A DNA stretch of 64,000 nt from Sedimentisphaerales bacterium (GCA_040772485.1 JAXGYC010000010.1:352001-416000), one strand, 5' to 3'. Positions 20,368-30,887 are shown, numbered from the stretch's first letter. The notes: generated from the sequence alone by a model not told the origin. A program made the numbers and translations.

Positions 20368-21549
20368 TCAGTGCAAGAAAAGAAAGGCAAATTCCCTTAC
20401 AATCCGATCGTGCAGAATCATAACGGTCAAGACAGCTAAAGACAAGAAAGGACCGTAGGGAATCTGGCGAATTTTTTTGAAAAACGTCTGGAAGAGCGCC
20501 CAGCCGAGCCCGAAGAACGGCGCGACGAAGAACGCGACCACCACCATCAGCGGGCCGATCACCGCCCCGGCGGCGCCCATCAGGTGGACGTCGCCCAGTC
20601 CCATCGCCTCTTTGCCGAACGCGAGCGTCCCGAGGACCCGGGTCGCCCAGACGACGGCACATCCGACGAAGTAACCGAACAGGCTGCCGAGGAACCCGGC
20701 AATCGCCGGGTACGCCAGGAGGCCGGTCCACCAAGCCGCGACCGCCGCCGGCCGGGTCAACACGACGTTGGCTGCGATCGCCCCGAGGATGATCGGCGTC
20801 AGGAAGATGATCTCCCGCATCGCTTCAAGGCGATGGTTGAATTCGGGGTCGTCAGCAAACGGGAAGGCCCCCTTCTCGACCTCGGGCTTCTCGTCGGCGG
20901 GCTTGGCCTGCGCCTGCGACTCGGGCACCTGGTAGCTCCGATGGATCAGACCCGCCTTGAGAAGCAGCAGGCTGATCGCCAGGCCGATTCCCGCGCCGAG
21001 CGCCAAGGCGCCGGTTCCCGGCGAGGCGACCGGAAGCAGCGAGAAGGCTTTGATGACATCCGGGTCGATCAGGTACCCCCCGACCGTCGAGCCGACGAAC
21101 CCGACAGCGGTGGCAAACCAGCAGATCGACAGCGGGATGATCCAAAGTTCCAGGTCGATCCCCGAGCCGGCGATGAACGCTGCCAGCAGGGCGACGTGAA
21201 CGACGTAGACGAACCGCCCGTTCGGCGCCTGCATGCCCTGCCGCAGCGGCGAGTGAAAGTAGACCAGGTACAGTCCGAGAAAAACCAGGCCGGTGAGCAG
21301 CTCCACGACGAAATACCGCGGCGAGATGCGCATGCCGCAATGGCGGCACTTCGCTCGCAGGACGAGCCACGAGACCAGCGGAATGTTGTCGTAGAACCGG
21401 ATGGGCTTGCCGCAACCGGGACAGGCTGAGCCGGGGCTCACCAGCGACTTTTCACGGGGCAGGCGGTAGATCACGACGTTCAGGAAGCTGCCGATACAGC
21501 AGCCGAACGCAAAGGTGAACGCACTGATGATCCATTCCTGTGCCGCCAC
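20368..21549 (-). CDS. pilD: Prepilin peptidase / N-methyltransferase (A24)
   Basis: GSFLNVVIYRLP, two CxxC motifs, DNIP, IDL, MGLGD and IPYGPFL motifs. Confidence 0.9.
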   Translation of the reverse strand: MAAQEWIISAFTFAFGCCIGSFLNVVIYRLPREKSLVSPGSACPGCGKPIRFYDNIPLVSWLVLRAKCRHCGMRISPRYFVVELLTGLVFLGLYLVYFHSPLRQGMQAPNGRFVYVVHVALLAAFIAGSGIDLELWIIPLSICWFATAVGFVGSTVGGYLIDPDVIKAFSLLPVASPGTGALALGAGIGLAISLLLLKAGLIHRSYQVPESQAQAKPADEKPEVEKGAFPFADDPEFNHRLEAMREIIFLTPIILGAIAANVVLTRPAAVAAWWTGLLAYPAIAGFLGSLFGYFVGCAVVWATRVLGTLAFGKEAMGLGDVHLMGAAGAVIGPLMVVVAFFVAPFFGLGWALFQTFFKKIRQIPYGPFLSLAVLTVMILHDRIVREFAFLFLH

Positions 21550-21614
21550 ATCGCCTCCCGTGCCACCGTGGACGCTCTGCCGTTCGTACGGGCGAATGAT
21601 GATTTGCCCTTGCG

Positions 21615-22844
21615 TTACTTGCCGCCCTTCTGCTCCCGACGCCCGACCGCTCCGGCTACCCTCATCGGCAGCCCGAACAGCCGAATGAAGCCCTTGGCAT
21701 CGGTCGGATCGTATTCGGCGCCCATCTTGAAGCTCGCCAGGTCCGCCTGGTAGAGACTGTGCGGGCTCTTCATGCCGGCCGGCGTGCAGCGGCCCTTGAA
21801 CAGCTTGATCCGGACGTCACCCACGACGCTGCGTTGCGTGACGTTGATGAAGGCGTCCAGCGCCTCGCGAAGCGGGCTGAACCACTGGCCGTAATAGACC
21901 AGCTCGGCATACTTCAGCGCCACCTGCTGCTTGTAGTGCATCGTTTCACGCTCCATCGTCAGGCTTTCGAGAGCGGCGTGGGCGGTCATCAGGATCGTCC
22001 CGCCGGGCGTCTCGTAGACCCCGCGCGATTTCATGCCCACCAGGCGATTCTCCACGACGTCCACCTGGCCGATGGCGTGCCGGCCGCCGATCTCGTTGAG
22101 CGTCTCGATCATCTTGACGCCGCTGGTGAGCTTGCCGTCGAGCCGAACCGGGACGCCCTCGTGGAACCCTATCGTTACGTAATCCGGCTTGTCGGGCGTG
22201 CGGCTGACCGGCTGCGACATCACGAACAGTTCGTCCTTAGGCTCGTTGGCGGGGTCTTCGAGGTCGGCGCCCTCATGGCTGATGTGCCAGAGGTTGCGAT
22301 CGCGGGAGTAAATCTTCTTCTTGCTCTGCTCGATCGGGATATTGTGCTTGCGGGCGTAGTCGACCGCGGCTTCGCGGCTGGTCAGCTTGAAGTTCGGGTC
22401 TTTCCACGGCGCGACGATGTCGAGCGCCGGGTCCAGGGCCATGAAGGTCAGCTCAAAGCGGACCTGATCGTTGCCCTTGCCCGTGGCGCCGTGCGCGACC
22501 GCGGTGGCCTTCTCGGCGTGCGCGACGTCCACCTGGTGCTTGGCAATCAGAGGCCGGGCGATGCTGGTGCCCAGCAGATAGCCGTTCTCATAGATGGCGC
22601 CGCTCTTGAGCATCGGCCAGAGGTAGTCTTCGACGAACTCCCGCCGCAGGTCCTTGACGATGCACTTGGTGGCCCCGCTGGCCAGGGCCTTCTTCTTGAT
22701 GCCCGCCAGCTCGTCGCCCTGCCCCAACTCGGCGGCAAACGCGATGACGTCGTACCCGTAGGTTTCCTTCAGCCAGGGCAGGATCACGCTCGTATCGAGC
22801 CCGCCGCTGTATGCCAACACGACCTTCTGCTGCTTCTTCGCCAT
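21615..22844 (-). CDS. argG: Argininosuccinate synthase
   Basis: [23 protein letters not shown] and [17 protein letters not shown] motifs. Confidence 0.97.
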   Translation of the reverse strand: MAKKQQKVVLAYSGGLDTSVILPWLKETYGYDVIAFAAELGQGDELAGIKKKALASGATKCIVKDLRREFVEDYLWPMLKSGAIYENGYLLGTSIARPLIAKHQVDVAHAEKATAVAHGATGKGNDQVRFELTFMALDPALDIVAPWKDPNFKLTSREAAVDYARKHNIPIEQSKKKIYSRDRNLWHISHEGADLEDPANEPKDELFVMSQPVSRTPDKPDYVTIGFHEGVPVRLDGKLTSGVKMIETLNEIGGRHAIGQVDVVENRLVGMKSRGVYETPGGTILMTAHAALESLTMERETMHYKQQVALKYAELVYYGQWFSPLREALDAFINVTQRSVVGDVRIKLFKGRCTPAGMKSPHSLYQADLASFKMGAEYDPTDAKGFIRLFGLPMRVAGAVGRREQKGGK

Positions 22845-22885
22845 AACGGTATCCTCAAAACGCCCGGAGTCTGGTGAAAAGGCGG

Positions 22886-22914
22886 ATTATACGCATACGC
22901 CCGCCGTGATTCAA
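22886..22914 (-). promoter_or_regulatory. sigma70 promoter of argG
   Basis: Minus strand TTGAAT, 17 nt, TATAAT. Confidence 0.65.
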
Positions 22915-22977
22915 CGGAATATCGCAGGCGGACACCCTCCAAAGGCGGATGGGCGGGATTCGGCCCCGATCGCCTCT

Positions 22978-23286
22978 TCAGGGCACGCACTCGCCCTGCG
23001 GCGTCTGTGCCCAGCCGCCGGGGGTGTCCCCGCGCCGGTCGCGGCTGTAGTAGAAGTACAGCGACAGGTCCACCGCCACCAGGACCATGTTCAGGGCGTA
23101 CAGGGCGATGATCCAGTCGAAAGACTGCGTGGCCTTGTAGATGACGCCGTTGAGGTAGCCGAAACAGACGATCGCCATGAACAGCGGGCTCTTGCCCTCC
23201 ACCTTCCTGGTGCGCAACGACTTGGCGATCGAGATCGGCCAGCTCACCCCGAAACAGACCAGCATCACCGCTTCGAATACGGACAT
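22978..23286 (-). CDS. Small PQ-loop/SemiSWEET-like three-TM membrane protein
   Basis: FEAVML.CFG.SWP.SI.KS......GKS..F motif; GAGGAG SD. Confidence 0.75.
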   Translation of the reverse strand: MSVFEAVMLVCFGVSWPISIAKSLRTRKVEGKSPLFMAIVCFGYLNGVIYKATQSFDWIIALYALNMVLVAVDLSLYFYYSRDRRGDTPGGWAQTPQGECVP

Positions 23287-23461
23287 ACTGCGGAACTCCT
23301 CGCCCACAACGGCACAACAGCGGAAGACACTTGCGGCGTGCAGGATGCTCCTGTGCGCTCCGGCACCCCGGCGGGAAATGCACCGCGAAGAGTCTCAATG
23401 AGACACAGCGGCACGCCCGCTCGTGCGTATTTCTGCGGCACGGGCGAATGAGGATTCGCCC

Positions 23462-23929
23462 CTACTCCATCTGCTCGATCAGGTAGTTCTGGAAACCGAT
23501 CTGCTTGATCTGGTCGAGCTGCACCTCGATCCAGTCGATGTGTTCCTCTTCGTCGCGGAGGATGGACACCAGCAGCTCGCGCGTGCCGTGGTCCCCAGCC
23601 TCGCCCGCCATCTGGATATCGGCGTTGTAGTCCTTGATGGCGGCCTCTTCCGCCTTCCAGTCGTTCTTGAGCTGCTTCTCGACGTTGTCGCCGATGCTGA
23701 TCTTGTTCAGCTTGCTGACGGTGGGCTTGCCTTCGAGGAACAGGATTCGCTCGATCAGCTTCTCGGCATGCTTCATTTCGGTGATGGCCCGCTTCTGAAT
23801 GGCTTCATGAAGACGTCCATAGCCCCAATTTTCGCACATCTCGGAGTGAACCATGTACTGATTGATCGCGGTCAACTCGTCGGCCAGCCGGGCATCCAGC
23901 GCCGCAATGACTTTTTCGTTTCCCTTCAT
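23462..23929 (-). CDS. bfr: Bacterioferritin
   Basis: MKG..VI..L, ELTAINQY, EMKHA (heme Met), ERILFLEG and DEEEHIDW motifs. Confidence 0.93.
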   Translation of the reverse strand: MKGNEKVIAALDARLADELTAINQYMVHSEMCENWGYGRLHEAIQKRAITEMKHAEKLIERILFLEGKPTVSKLNKISIGDNVEKQLKNDWKAEEAAIKDYNADIQMAGEAGDHGTRELLVSILRDEEEHIDWIEVQLDQIKQIGFQNYLIEQME

Positions 23930-24079
23930 CGGTATTTCGCTCCTTACCTGTGATATTCCATCTGCCCCCGCGGGCAGCTCTCGACCACAAAGCACATATC
24001 GGCAATGCTAATGCCTCGGCCGAGACGTCGCCAAGAGAGGAATTCCCTGATTTTCGACAAAAAAGACGAGGGTCCGGCG

Positions 24080-24772
24080 TCAGTCGATTTCCCTGATTTT
24101 CATGTTGCGGAAGTAGATCGGCGCGCCGGCGTGCTTGCCCTGCAACCCGATGTTGCCATGCGTGGGCAGCTCGGCAAAGGGCGTGCTCAGCCAGGACGGG
24201 ATCTCGCTGCCGTCGGGGTTGGTCTTGGCGCTGGTCCACAGGGCCATGTTCATGACCGAGACCGTCTCGCCATTGATCATGACGTAGATCATCTGATCGC
24301 GGCAGGTGACGGTCATGCGGTTCCACTCGCCGGGCCTCTTGACCATGCTTTTGGTCGGCGCCAAGTGGCCGAAGATCGCACCGCAGTGCCACGTGGCGGG
24401 CTGCTTGGCCCACTCCTCGGAGAAATCATCGGCGATCTGGATCTCGACGGAATTGGGAATCCAGTTCTGCATGTCGGTGCAGTAGACGATCACGCCGCTG
24501 TTGGTGCCTTCGGCGGTCTTGAACTCCAGATCGAGGATGAAATTATCGTAGTCCTTCTTCGTCCAGATCGCCTCGTCCTTGCTGGCGGTCAGGACCCCGT
24601 CCTCGAACGTCCAGACGCCCTCGGGATACGTCGCATCGGACAGGTCGGGGGCAAACAGGTTGTTCCACGAGCTGACCTTCGGGTGCGTCTTGGGCGGCAC
24701 GGCGAGGTTCTGACTGCAAGACGACAACAGGAGACTGCCACCGAACACCGCCAACACCACTGCCTTCTTCAT
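24080..24772 (-). CDS. DUF1080 (3-keto-disaccharide hydrolase-like) lipoprotein
   Basis: Lipobox LSSC; YDNF.L.LEFK, NSGV, EIQI.DD, GEWN, G.IGLQ.H and FRN..I motifs. Confidence 0.85.
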   Translation of the reverse strand: MKKAVVLAVFGGSLLLSSCSQNLAVPPKTHPKVSSWNNLFAPDLSDATYPEGVWTFEDGVLTASKDEAIWTKKDYDNFILDLEFKTAEGTNSGVIVYCTDMQNWIPNSVEIQIADDFSEEWAKQPATWHCGAIFGHLAPTKSMVKRPGEWNRMTVTCRDQMIYVMINGETVSVMNMALWTSAKTNPDGSEIPSWLSTPFAELPTHGNIGLQGKHAGAPIYFRNMKIREID

Positions 24773-24940
24773 TTCCTTGCTCCTTGAGAGAAACCGATAC
24801 CTCAGTCGATTCGGCGCCCTGTGGCGCAGACCGGCGGGACATTCTACCGCGTAGTCCTCGCAGCCGCCAGCGCTAACCGTCGCGCTCCATGAGGTGCCCG
24901 CACATCGTACGAGACATGCCAGCTCGGAGAGCGAAGAGCC

Positions 24941-25063
24941 GCGCGTGGCAGCCTCAAGTCCGCAGGACTTGGGGATGGCTCCTGGCACTGGCAACCTCCT
25001 GGAATCGGCGAGACAACCCAGTCTGCCATCCCCAAACGCTCCGCGTTTGAGGCTGCCACGCGC
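24941..25063. repeat. Family A inverted-repeat element, copy 2
   Basis: Perfect 17-bp outer IR GCGCGTGGCAGCCTCAA/TTGAGGCTGCCACGCGC plus inner IR TTGGGGATGGC/GCCATCCCCAA. Confidence 0.85.
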
Positions 25064-25076
25064 CAGCGAGAACGGC

Positions 25077-25934
25077 CTACGCCCGGACGCTTCGCACAGT
25101 CTCGAAGGCGATGGCCGCCAGGATGATCGAGCCGCCCACGACGGTGCGAAGCGACAGAGTCTCATCGTGGATCAGGTAGCCGAAGAACGCCGCGTAGAAC
25201 GGCAGCAGCGTCGCGATGATCCCGACCGTCTTGGCGCTGAGGTGCTTGAAGCTGGCGGAGAACAGGGTGTGAGGAACCGCCGTGAAGACCACGCCCAGCA
25301 GGAGCAGCAGGCCCCCCGTGGCGGGCGTCCAGGCCGCTCGGTCGATGAATAGCCACGGCAGCAGCACCAGTCCCGTCACCAGCATCTGCCAGAACATCAG
25401 CACGCTGCCGGTGTACTGATGGACGTACTTGCGCGTCAGCAGATTGCGGGCCATGAAGAACAGGCCGGAGATCACCCCCAGCGCGATCCCCTGGGTCGTC
25501 GCGTCCGACAGGCTCATCGCGGGCGTCATGATCACAATCCCGAGGAAGACCACCACCGCCAGGAGGACGTCCGACTTTCGCAGACGCTCCGAGAAGAGGA
25601 ACGGCTCGATGATCGCCGTGATAACGGGATAGGTGTGCAACGACAGGATCGCCACCGCAGCGGTGGAGACCTTCAGCGCCTTGAAGTAGGTCAGCCAGTG
25701 GGCACAGAGCAGCAATCCCAGCGTGAGCATCAGCCCGTAGTGCCGGCCGCCGTTGGCCTTCAGCGGCCTTCGCAGGGCCGCGAGCATGGCCACCAGCGCC
25801 GCCGCCCCGATCAGCGACCGCAGGCAGATGATGTGCGGCACCGGCAGCGCGATGCCCTTGGCGAACATCGCGGTGCCGCCCCACATCAGGACGGCGACAT
25901 TGAGCTGAATGAGACTGATCTTCCTGGGCTGCAT
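25077..25934 (-). CDS. DMT/EamA family transporter
   Basis: About 10 TM helices in two EamA repeats. Confidence 0.88.
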   Translation of the reverse strand: MQPRKISLIQLNVAVLMWGGTAMFAKGIALPVPHIICLRSLIGAAALVAMLAALRRPLKANGGRHYGLMLTLGLLLCAHWLTYFKALKVSTAAVAILSLHTYPVITAIIEPFLFSERLRKSDVLLAVVVFLGIVIMTPAMSLSDATTQGIALGVISGLFFMARNLLTRKYVHQYTGSVLMFWQMLVTGLVLLPWLFIDRAAWTPATGGLLLLLGVVFTAVPHTLFSASFKHLSAKTVGIIATLLPFYAAFFGYLIHDETLSLRTVVGGSIILAAIAFETVRSVRA

Positions 25935-26034
25935 ATCACGTCACCAGACCACCGAACGGCCCTTTATGCTTCATGCCCACGACAAAAACAAGGATGAAAT
26001 CGCGCCTGGCCGCAAAGCATGGCCGCGTCAACAC

Positions 26035-26063
26035 TTGCCTGCGGCGGAGAAAACCCGCATAAT
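26035..26063 (+). promoter_or_regulatory. Putative sigma70 promoter of the GH32 gene
   Basis: TTGCCT, 17 nt, CATAAT. Confidence 0.5.
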
Positions 26064-26158
26064 CCTTCTATGGGACCTGTCCGGGTGACGAAGGATGCGA
26101 GCCGCCCGACGGCGGGTCCGCCAAACATGCTGGTGACGCAAGAGGAAAGGACGCTGCG

Positions 26159-28273
26159 ATGCGACAGTGGACATTGATTCTCCTGCCGATGCTTCTGGGC
26201 GGGCTGTCTCAGGGAGCACACGAACCGGACCTGCTCATCTGCGATTTCGAGGGCACGGACTACGCCGGCTGGCAGGCCACGGGCGATGCGTTCGGCAACG
26301 CTCCGGCCCGAGGCACGCTGCCCGGGCAGTTGGCGGTGACCGGCTTCGTGGGCCGCGGTCTGGTCAACAGCTTCCGCGAACGCGACGCCTCGACGGGCAC
26401 GCTGACCTCGCCGCCCTTCCAGATCGAGCGCAATTACATTCACTTCCTGATCGGCGCAGGCGGCTATCCCCGCCTGACCTGCATGGACCTGATCGTCGAC
26501 GGCAGGACGGTCCGCACGGCCACCGGACGCAACAACCGCCCCGGCGGCTCCGAGCGCCTGACCGCGCGGTTCTGGGATGTTTCCGATCTCATGGGCAAGA
26601 CCGCACGACTGCGGATCGTGGACAACCATACGCGTCTCTGGGGCCACATCACCGTCGATCACATCTTCCAGGCGAACTCGAAAGACGATTTCGACCAGAG
26701 CAAAGAGCTTCGGCTCAGCGCGCGATATCTCAACTTCCCGGTGAAGAGCGGCGCCGCCAAGCGGCGTGCCCGGGTCATCATCGACGAGCGCGTCGTCCGC
26801 GAATTCGAGATCGAGCTGGCCGACGTCAGTCCCGATTTCCATGTCTTCCTGGACGTCAGCGCGTTCCAGGGCGCGACGGCCACCATCGAGGTGGACGGTC
26901 TGCCGCGTTCCTCGCGCGGCCTGCACCTCATCAGCCAGTCCGATGAGATCCGAGGCGCCGAGAACCTGTATCGCGAGAAGCTCCGGCCGCAGTTTCACTT
27001 CACCTCGCGACGGGGCTGGAACAACGACTCCAACGGCTTGGTCTTCCACAAGGGTCTGTACCACCTTTACTACCAGCACAATCCTTATGGCGTGCAGTGG
27101 GGCAACATGCACTGGGGCCACGCCGTCAGCGTGGACCTGGTTCACTGGACCGAGCTTCCCATCGCCCTGTATCCGCAACAGTTCGGCGACTGGGTCTTCT
27201 CGGGAAGCGCCGTGGTCGACGTGAACAACACCGCCGGCTTCCAGAAAGGCGATGAGCCGCCCATCGTGGCCGCCTACACCAGCACCGGACGAGGCGAGTG
27301 CATCGTCTACAGCAATGACGGCGGCGCGACCTTCACCGAATACGAGGGCAATCCGGTCGTCAAGCACCAGGGACGCGACCCGAAGGTCATCTGGTATGGG
27401 CCCGGAAGGCACTGGGTCATGGCGCTGTACCATGAGGTCGATGACAAGCGCACCATCGCGTTCTACACCTCCGACGACCTGAAGAACTGGCAATACGCCA
27501 GCCTGATCGAAGGCTTCTACGAATGTCCCGAGATCTTCGAGCTGCCGGTCGACGGCAAAGCCGATGACAAGCGATGGGTGCTGTACGCCGCCGACGGCGA
27601 CTACCGGATCGGCGCGTTCGACGGCAGGACCTTCACGCCCGAATCGGACAAGATCAAGTTCAGCCACGGCAACTGCTTCTACGCCTCGCAGACATACAGC
27701 AACATCCCGCCCGAGGACGGGCGGCGCATCCAGGTCGCCTGGGGGCGGGTCGAGACGCCGGGAATGCCGTTCAACCAGATGATGCTGTTCCCGGTCGAGC
27801 TGACGTTGCGAACGACGGAGGAAGGGCCGCGTCTGTTCGCGGCGCCGGTCCGGGAGATCGAACGGCTCCAGGAGCCGCACCGTGGCTGGGAGAGCCAGAA
27901 ACTGACGCCGCGAAAGGACCTGCTCTCCGGCGTAAAGGGCGAGCTGTTTCGCGTACGCGCCCGGTTCGAGCCGGGGCAGGCCCAGCGCGTGACACTGGAC
28001 GTCCGAGGCGTCCGCATCGTGCTCGATCCGCAGAAGAACCAGCTCTCCTGCCTGGACAAGACCGCCCCGCTGTCGCCCGAGAACGGCCAGATAGCACTGG
28101 ACGTCCTGGTCGATCGCACCTCGATCGAGATCTTCGCCAACGACGGCCGGGTCTACATGCCGATGGGTGTGAAGTTCACCGACGAGAACCGCGCCCTGGG
28201 CTTCTTCTGCGAGGGCGCCCCGATCACGGTCCACTCGTTCGACGTCTTCGAGATCGCCTCGATCTGGCCATAG
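26159..28273 (+). CDS. Glycoside hydrolase family 32 (levanase/beta-fructosidase), secreted
   Basis: Signal peptide; catalytic motifs WNNDSNG, RDP and ECP; also HWGHA.S.DL, FSGS and C-terminal D.TSIEIF. Confidence 0.92.
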   Translation: MRQWTLILLPMLLGGLSQGAHEPDLLICDFEGTDYAGWQATGDAFGNAPARGTLPGQLAVTGFVGRGLVNSFRERDASTGTLTSPPFQIERNYIHFLIGAGGYPRLTCMDLIVDGRTVRTATGRNNRPGGSERLTARFWDVSDLMGKTARLRIVDNHTRLWGHITVDHIFQANSKDDFDQSKELRLSARYLNFPVKSGAAKRRARVIIDERVVREFEIELADVSPDFHVFLDVSAFQGATATIEVDGLPRSSRGLHLISQSDEIRGAENLYREKLRPQFHFTSRRGWNNDSNGLVFHKGLYHLYYQHNPYGVQWGNMHWGHAVSVDLVHWTELPIALYPQQFGDWVFSGSAVVDVNNTAGFQKGDEPPIVAAYTSTGRGECIVYSNDGGATFTEYEGNPVVKHQGRDPKVIWYGPGRHWVMALYHEVDDKRTIAFYTSDDLKNWQYASLIEGFYECPEIFELPVDGKADDKRWVLYAADGDYRIGAFDGRTFTPESDKIKFSHGNCFYASQTYSNIPPEDGRRIQVAWGRVETPGMPFNQMMLFPVELTLRTTEEGPRLFAAPVREIERLQEPHRGWESQKLTPRKDLLSGVKGELFRVRARFEPGQAQRVTLDVRGVRIVLDPQKNQLSCLDKTAPLSPENGQIALDVLVDRTSIEIFANDGRVYMPMGVKFTDENRALGFFCEGAPITVHSFDVFEIASIWP

Positions 28274-28468
28274 CCCCGCGGTCACCATCCCAACCGGCAT
28301 ACGACAGATACGCCGGAAGAATCGCAGGTGATTCTTCGCCCGCGAAGGCCGCGCCCTTTTTTCGCACGAGCCCTTCGAACTGCTGAACCCGCAGCGCGAT
28401 CCCACAGTAAGACAAATCAAGTCTTATATACTTTTTGGTCAGCCACGTTGTGTAAGGAGACGCGGACT

Positions 28469-30265
28469 ATGGCAAGACTGCAAATCACAAGCACGACTGC
28501 TGCATGGGCGACGATTCTCTTGCTGACCGTCGCTACAGGGCAGGCGCAGACCGTCGATGTAAGCTGGACGTTCGGCGCGATCGGGTCGTCTTCGTACCGG
28601 CTGGACGCCTTCACGCCGGCCGGAATCGAGTTCGGCACGATCGGCAGCGCGGACCCGACGCTGGCCCTGGCGTTGGGCAAACGGTACCAGGTCAAGGTGG
28701 TCGACTACATGATGCACCCGTTTGAGGTGATCGCCAAATCGCCGTCACCGACACAGGACAAGGTGCTGCTGTCGATGTCGATCGCCGGACCGTTCGAATC
28801 CAATCCGAAGGTCAACTGGCAGGACAACGGTCAAGGGACGGTCGCGTTCACGCTGACCGCCGAGCTGCACCAGGCGACGACCGAATCGGGCCGGACGCCC
28901 GGCTATCGGTGCCGGCCGCACTTCATGGAGATGCGGGGCGATTTCACCGTGGCCGGCCTGCCCCTGGCCGAGACCATCCAACCATCGCCCATCCGAATCG
29001 ACCTGGCGACCGTCGCCGCGGGCCTGATCGCCCCTGTGGACCTTCAGCCTGACCCGGCCGTTGCCGGACGGCTCTACATCGTCGATCAGGCGGGTCTGGT
29101 GCGCACCATCGAACAGGGACAGCTTCTCGAAACGCCCTTCCTCGACGTGCGAGATCGCCTCGTCCAGCCGTTGGGCATTCTCGGCAGCTTCGATGAGGAC
29201 GACTACGACGAACGAGGTTTGCTGGGCCTGGCGTTCCATCCGGGATTCGCCGATCCGAGCAGTCCCGGCTACCACACGCTGTACACCTACACGAGCGAGC
29301 CGGTCGGCGGCCCCGCCGATTTCACGCTCGACCTGGCTTCCGAGGAGGTGAACCACCAGAGCGTCGTGACGGAGTGGCAGTTGGCCCGGGTGCAGAACGT
29401 GGTCGATCTGAGCACTGCCCGCGTGGTGCTGCGCATCGATCAGCCGCAGTTCAATCATAACGGCGGCTATCTCGCCTTCGGCCCGGACAGCTACCTCTAC
29501 ATCGCCCTGGGCGATGGGGGCGCCGCCAATGACGCCGGAGCGGGCCACGGTCCCGACGGCAACGGCCAGAACATCCACACCGTTCACGGCAGCATCCTGC
29601 GGATCGATCCCCTGCCGCCGGCCGCGACGCCCGACAGCCGCAACGCCGCGAGCGCCAACGGGCAGTACCGCATCCCCTGGGACAATGAGTTCGTCGGCAT
29701 CGACGGCGTCGATGAGATCTTCGCGTACGGCTTCCGCAACCCGTACCGCTTCAGCTTCGAGCCGCTCACCGGCGCGCTGATCGTCGCGGACGTCGGACAG
29801 GGCCACGTCGAAGAGATCAACATCGTGCGCAAGGGCGGCAACCACGGCTGGAAGATCAAAGAGGGTGACTTCCTCTTCGATCCCGAAGATATCGCGGTCG
29901 GCGTGCCGTTCGAGGACCCGGCTCTCATCGATCCGGTGGCCCAGTACGACCACGACGACGGTCTGGCGGTGGTCGGCGGGTTCCTGTACTTCGGAACGCA
30001 GGTGCCTCCGTTGCGCGCGATGTACGTGTTCGGCGACTTCTCCCGCGCGTTCAGCGCGCCACAGGGCCGGCTCTTCGTCGCCGACCTCTGGTCCGGGCAG
30101 ATCGCGGAGTTGCTCATCGGCAACGAGCAGCAGCCTTTGGGCCTCTTCGTCAAGGGGATGGGACAGGACCGCGACGGTGAGGTCTACGTCCTGGCCAGCA
30201 CCGCGCTGGGACCCTATGGCAATACGGGGGTCGTATTCAAGATCGTCGCGGCCCCCAATCCGTAG
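28469..30265 (+). CDS. Glucose/sorbosone (PQQ-dependent) dehydrogenase-family protein with N-terminal cupredoxin domain
   Basis: AAGGAG SD and signal peptide. ERGLLGLAFHP, NHNGG..FGPD..LYI.LGDGG and AYGFRNPYR motifs; N-terminal HPF...YRCRPHFMEMRG. Confidence 0.85.
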   Translation: MARLQITSTTAAWATILLLTVATGQAQTVDVSWTFGAIGSSSYRLDAFTPAGIEFGTIGSADPTLALALGKRYQVKVVDYMMHPFEVIAKSPSPTQDKVLLSMSIAGPFESNPKVNWQDNGQGTVAFTLTAELHQATTESGRTPGYRCRPHFMEMRGDFTVAGLPLAETIQPSPIRIDLATVAAGLIAPVDLQPDPAVAGRLYIVDQAGLVRTIEQGQLLETPFLDVRDRLVQPLGILGSFDEDDYDERGLLGLAFHPGFADPSSPGYHTLYTYTSEPVGGPADFTLDLASEEVNHQSVVTEWQLARVQNVVDLSTARVVLRIDQPQFNHNGGYLAFGPDSYLYIALGDGGAANDAGAGHGPDGNGQNIHTVHGSILRIDPLPPAATPDSRNAASANGQYRIPWDNEFVGIDGVDEIFAYGFRNPYRFSFEPLTGALIVADVGQGHVEEINIVRKGGNHGWKIKEGDFLFDPEDIAVGVPFEDPALIDPVAQYDHDDGLAVVGGFLYFGTQVPPLRAMYVFGDFSRAFSAPQGRLFVADLWSGQIAELLIGNEQQPLGLFVKGMGQDRDGEVYVLASTALGPYGNTGVVFKIVAAPNP

Positions 30266-30355
30266 CACAGACAGCGGGACACACCACGACAGGGACGCTC
30301 GTCATGAAGGAACGAATGCGAGCGTCCTTGCCGATCGAGGGCTTGGAGGCGGCAA

Positions 30356-30709
30356 TCAGCCGAAGATCTTGTGTCGGAAGACGAAGAAGACGGCGCCGAA
30401 GATGCACAGGCCCGCCCAGAGGTAGTCCAGACGCACCTGCTCCTTCATGTAGAGGATCGAGAACGGCACGAAAATCGTCAGCGTGACCGCCTCCTGGAGG
30501 ATCTTGAGCTGTCCGACATTGAGCATGGTGTGCCCGATCCGGTTGGCCGGCACCTGAATCAAATACTCGAAGAACGCGATCCCCCAGCTCACCAGCGCCG
30601 CGATGATCCACGGCCGATGCGACAGGTTCCGCAGGTGCCCGTACCAGGCGAACGTCATGAAGATGTTGCTGCAGCACAGTAGCAGCGTCGTCGTCAGAAT
30701 CACACGCAT
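30356..30709 (-). CDS. DMT family protein (DUF486)
   Basis: SNIFMTFAWYGHL, SWGIAFFEY..QVPANRIG and QLKILQE motifs. Confidence 0.9.
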   Translation of the reverse strand: MRVILTTTLLLCCSNIFMTFAWYGHLRNLSHRPWIIAALVSWGIAFFEYLIQVPANRIGHTMLNVGQLKILQEAVTLTIFVPFSILYMKEQVRLDYLWAGLCIFGAVFFVFRHKIFG

Positions 30710-30887
30710 ACACTGAAGCCCTTTGCCAGCCCAAGACCTTTGGCCCCCGTCGCGACCACCGCGACCGAGCCGGCGAATATCAAACCCGAAATGGCGGGGA
30801 TACACAAGGGCCGCCGTACAGCCACGCGCTATTTGTGTGTGCGCAGGTGTCAGGGCGCCGGCATCTCTGAGCCACTGGAGCGGCTGG

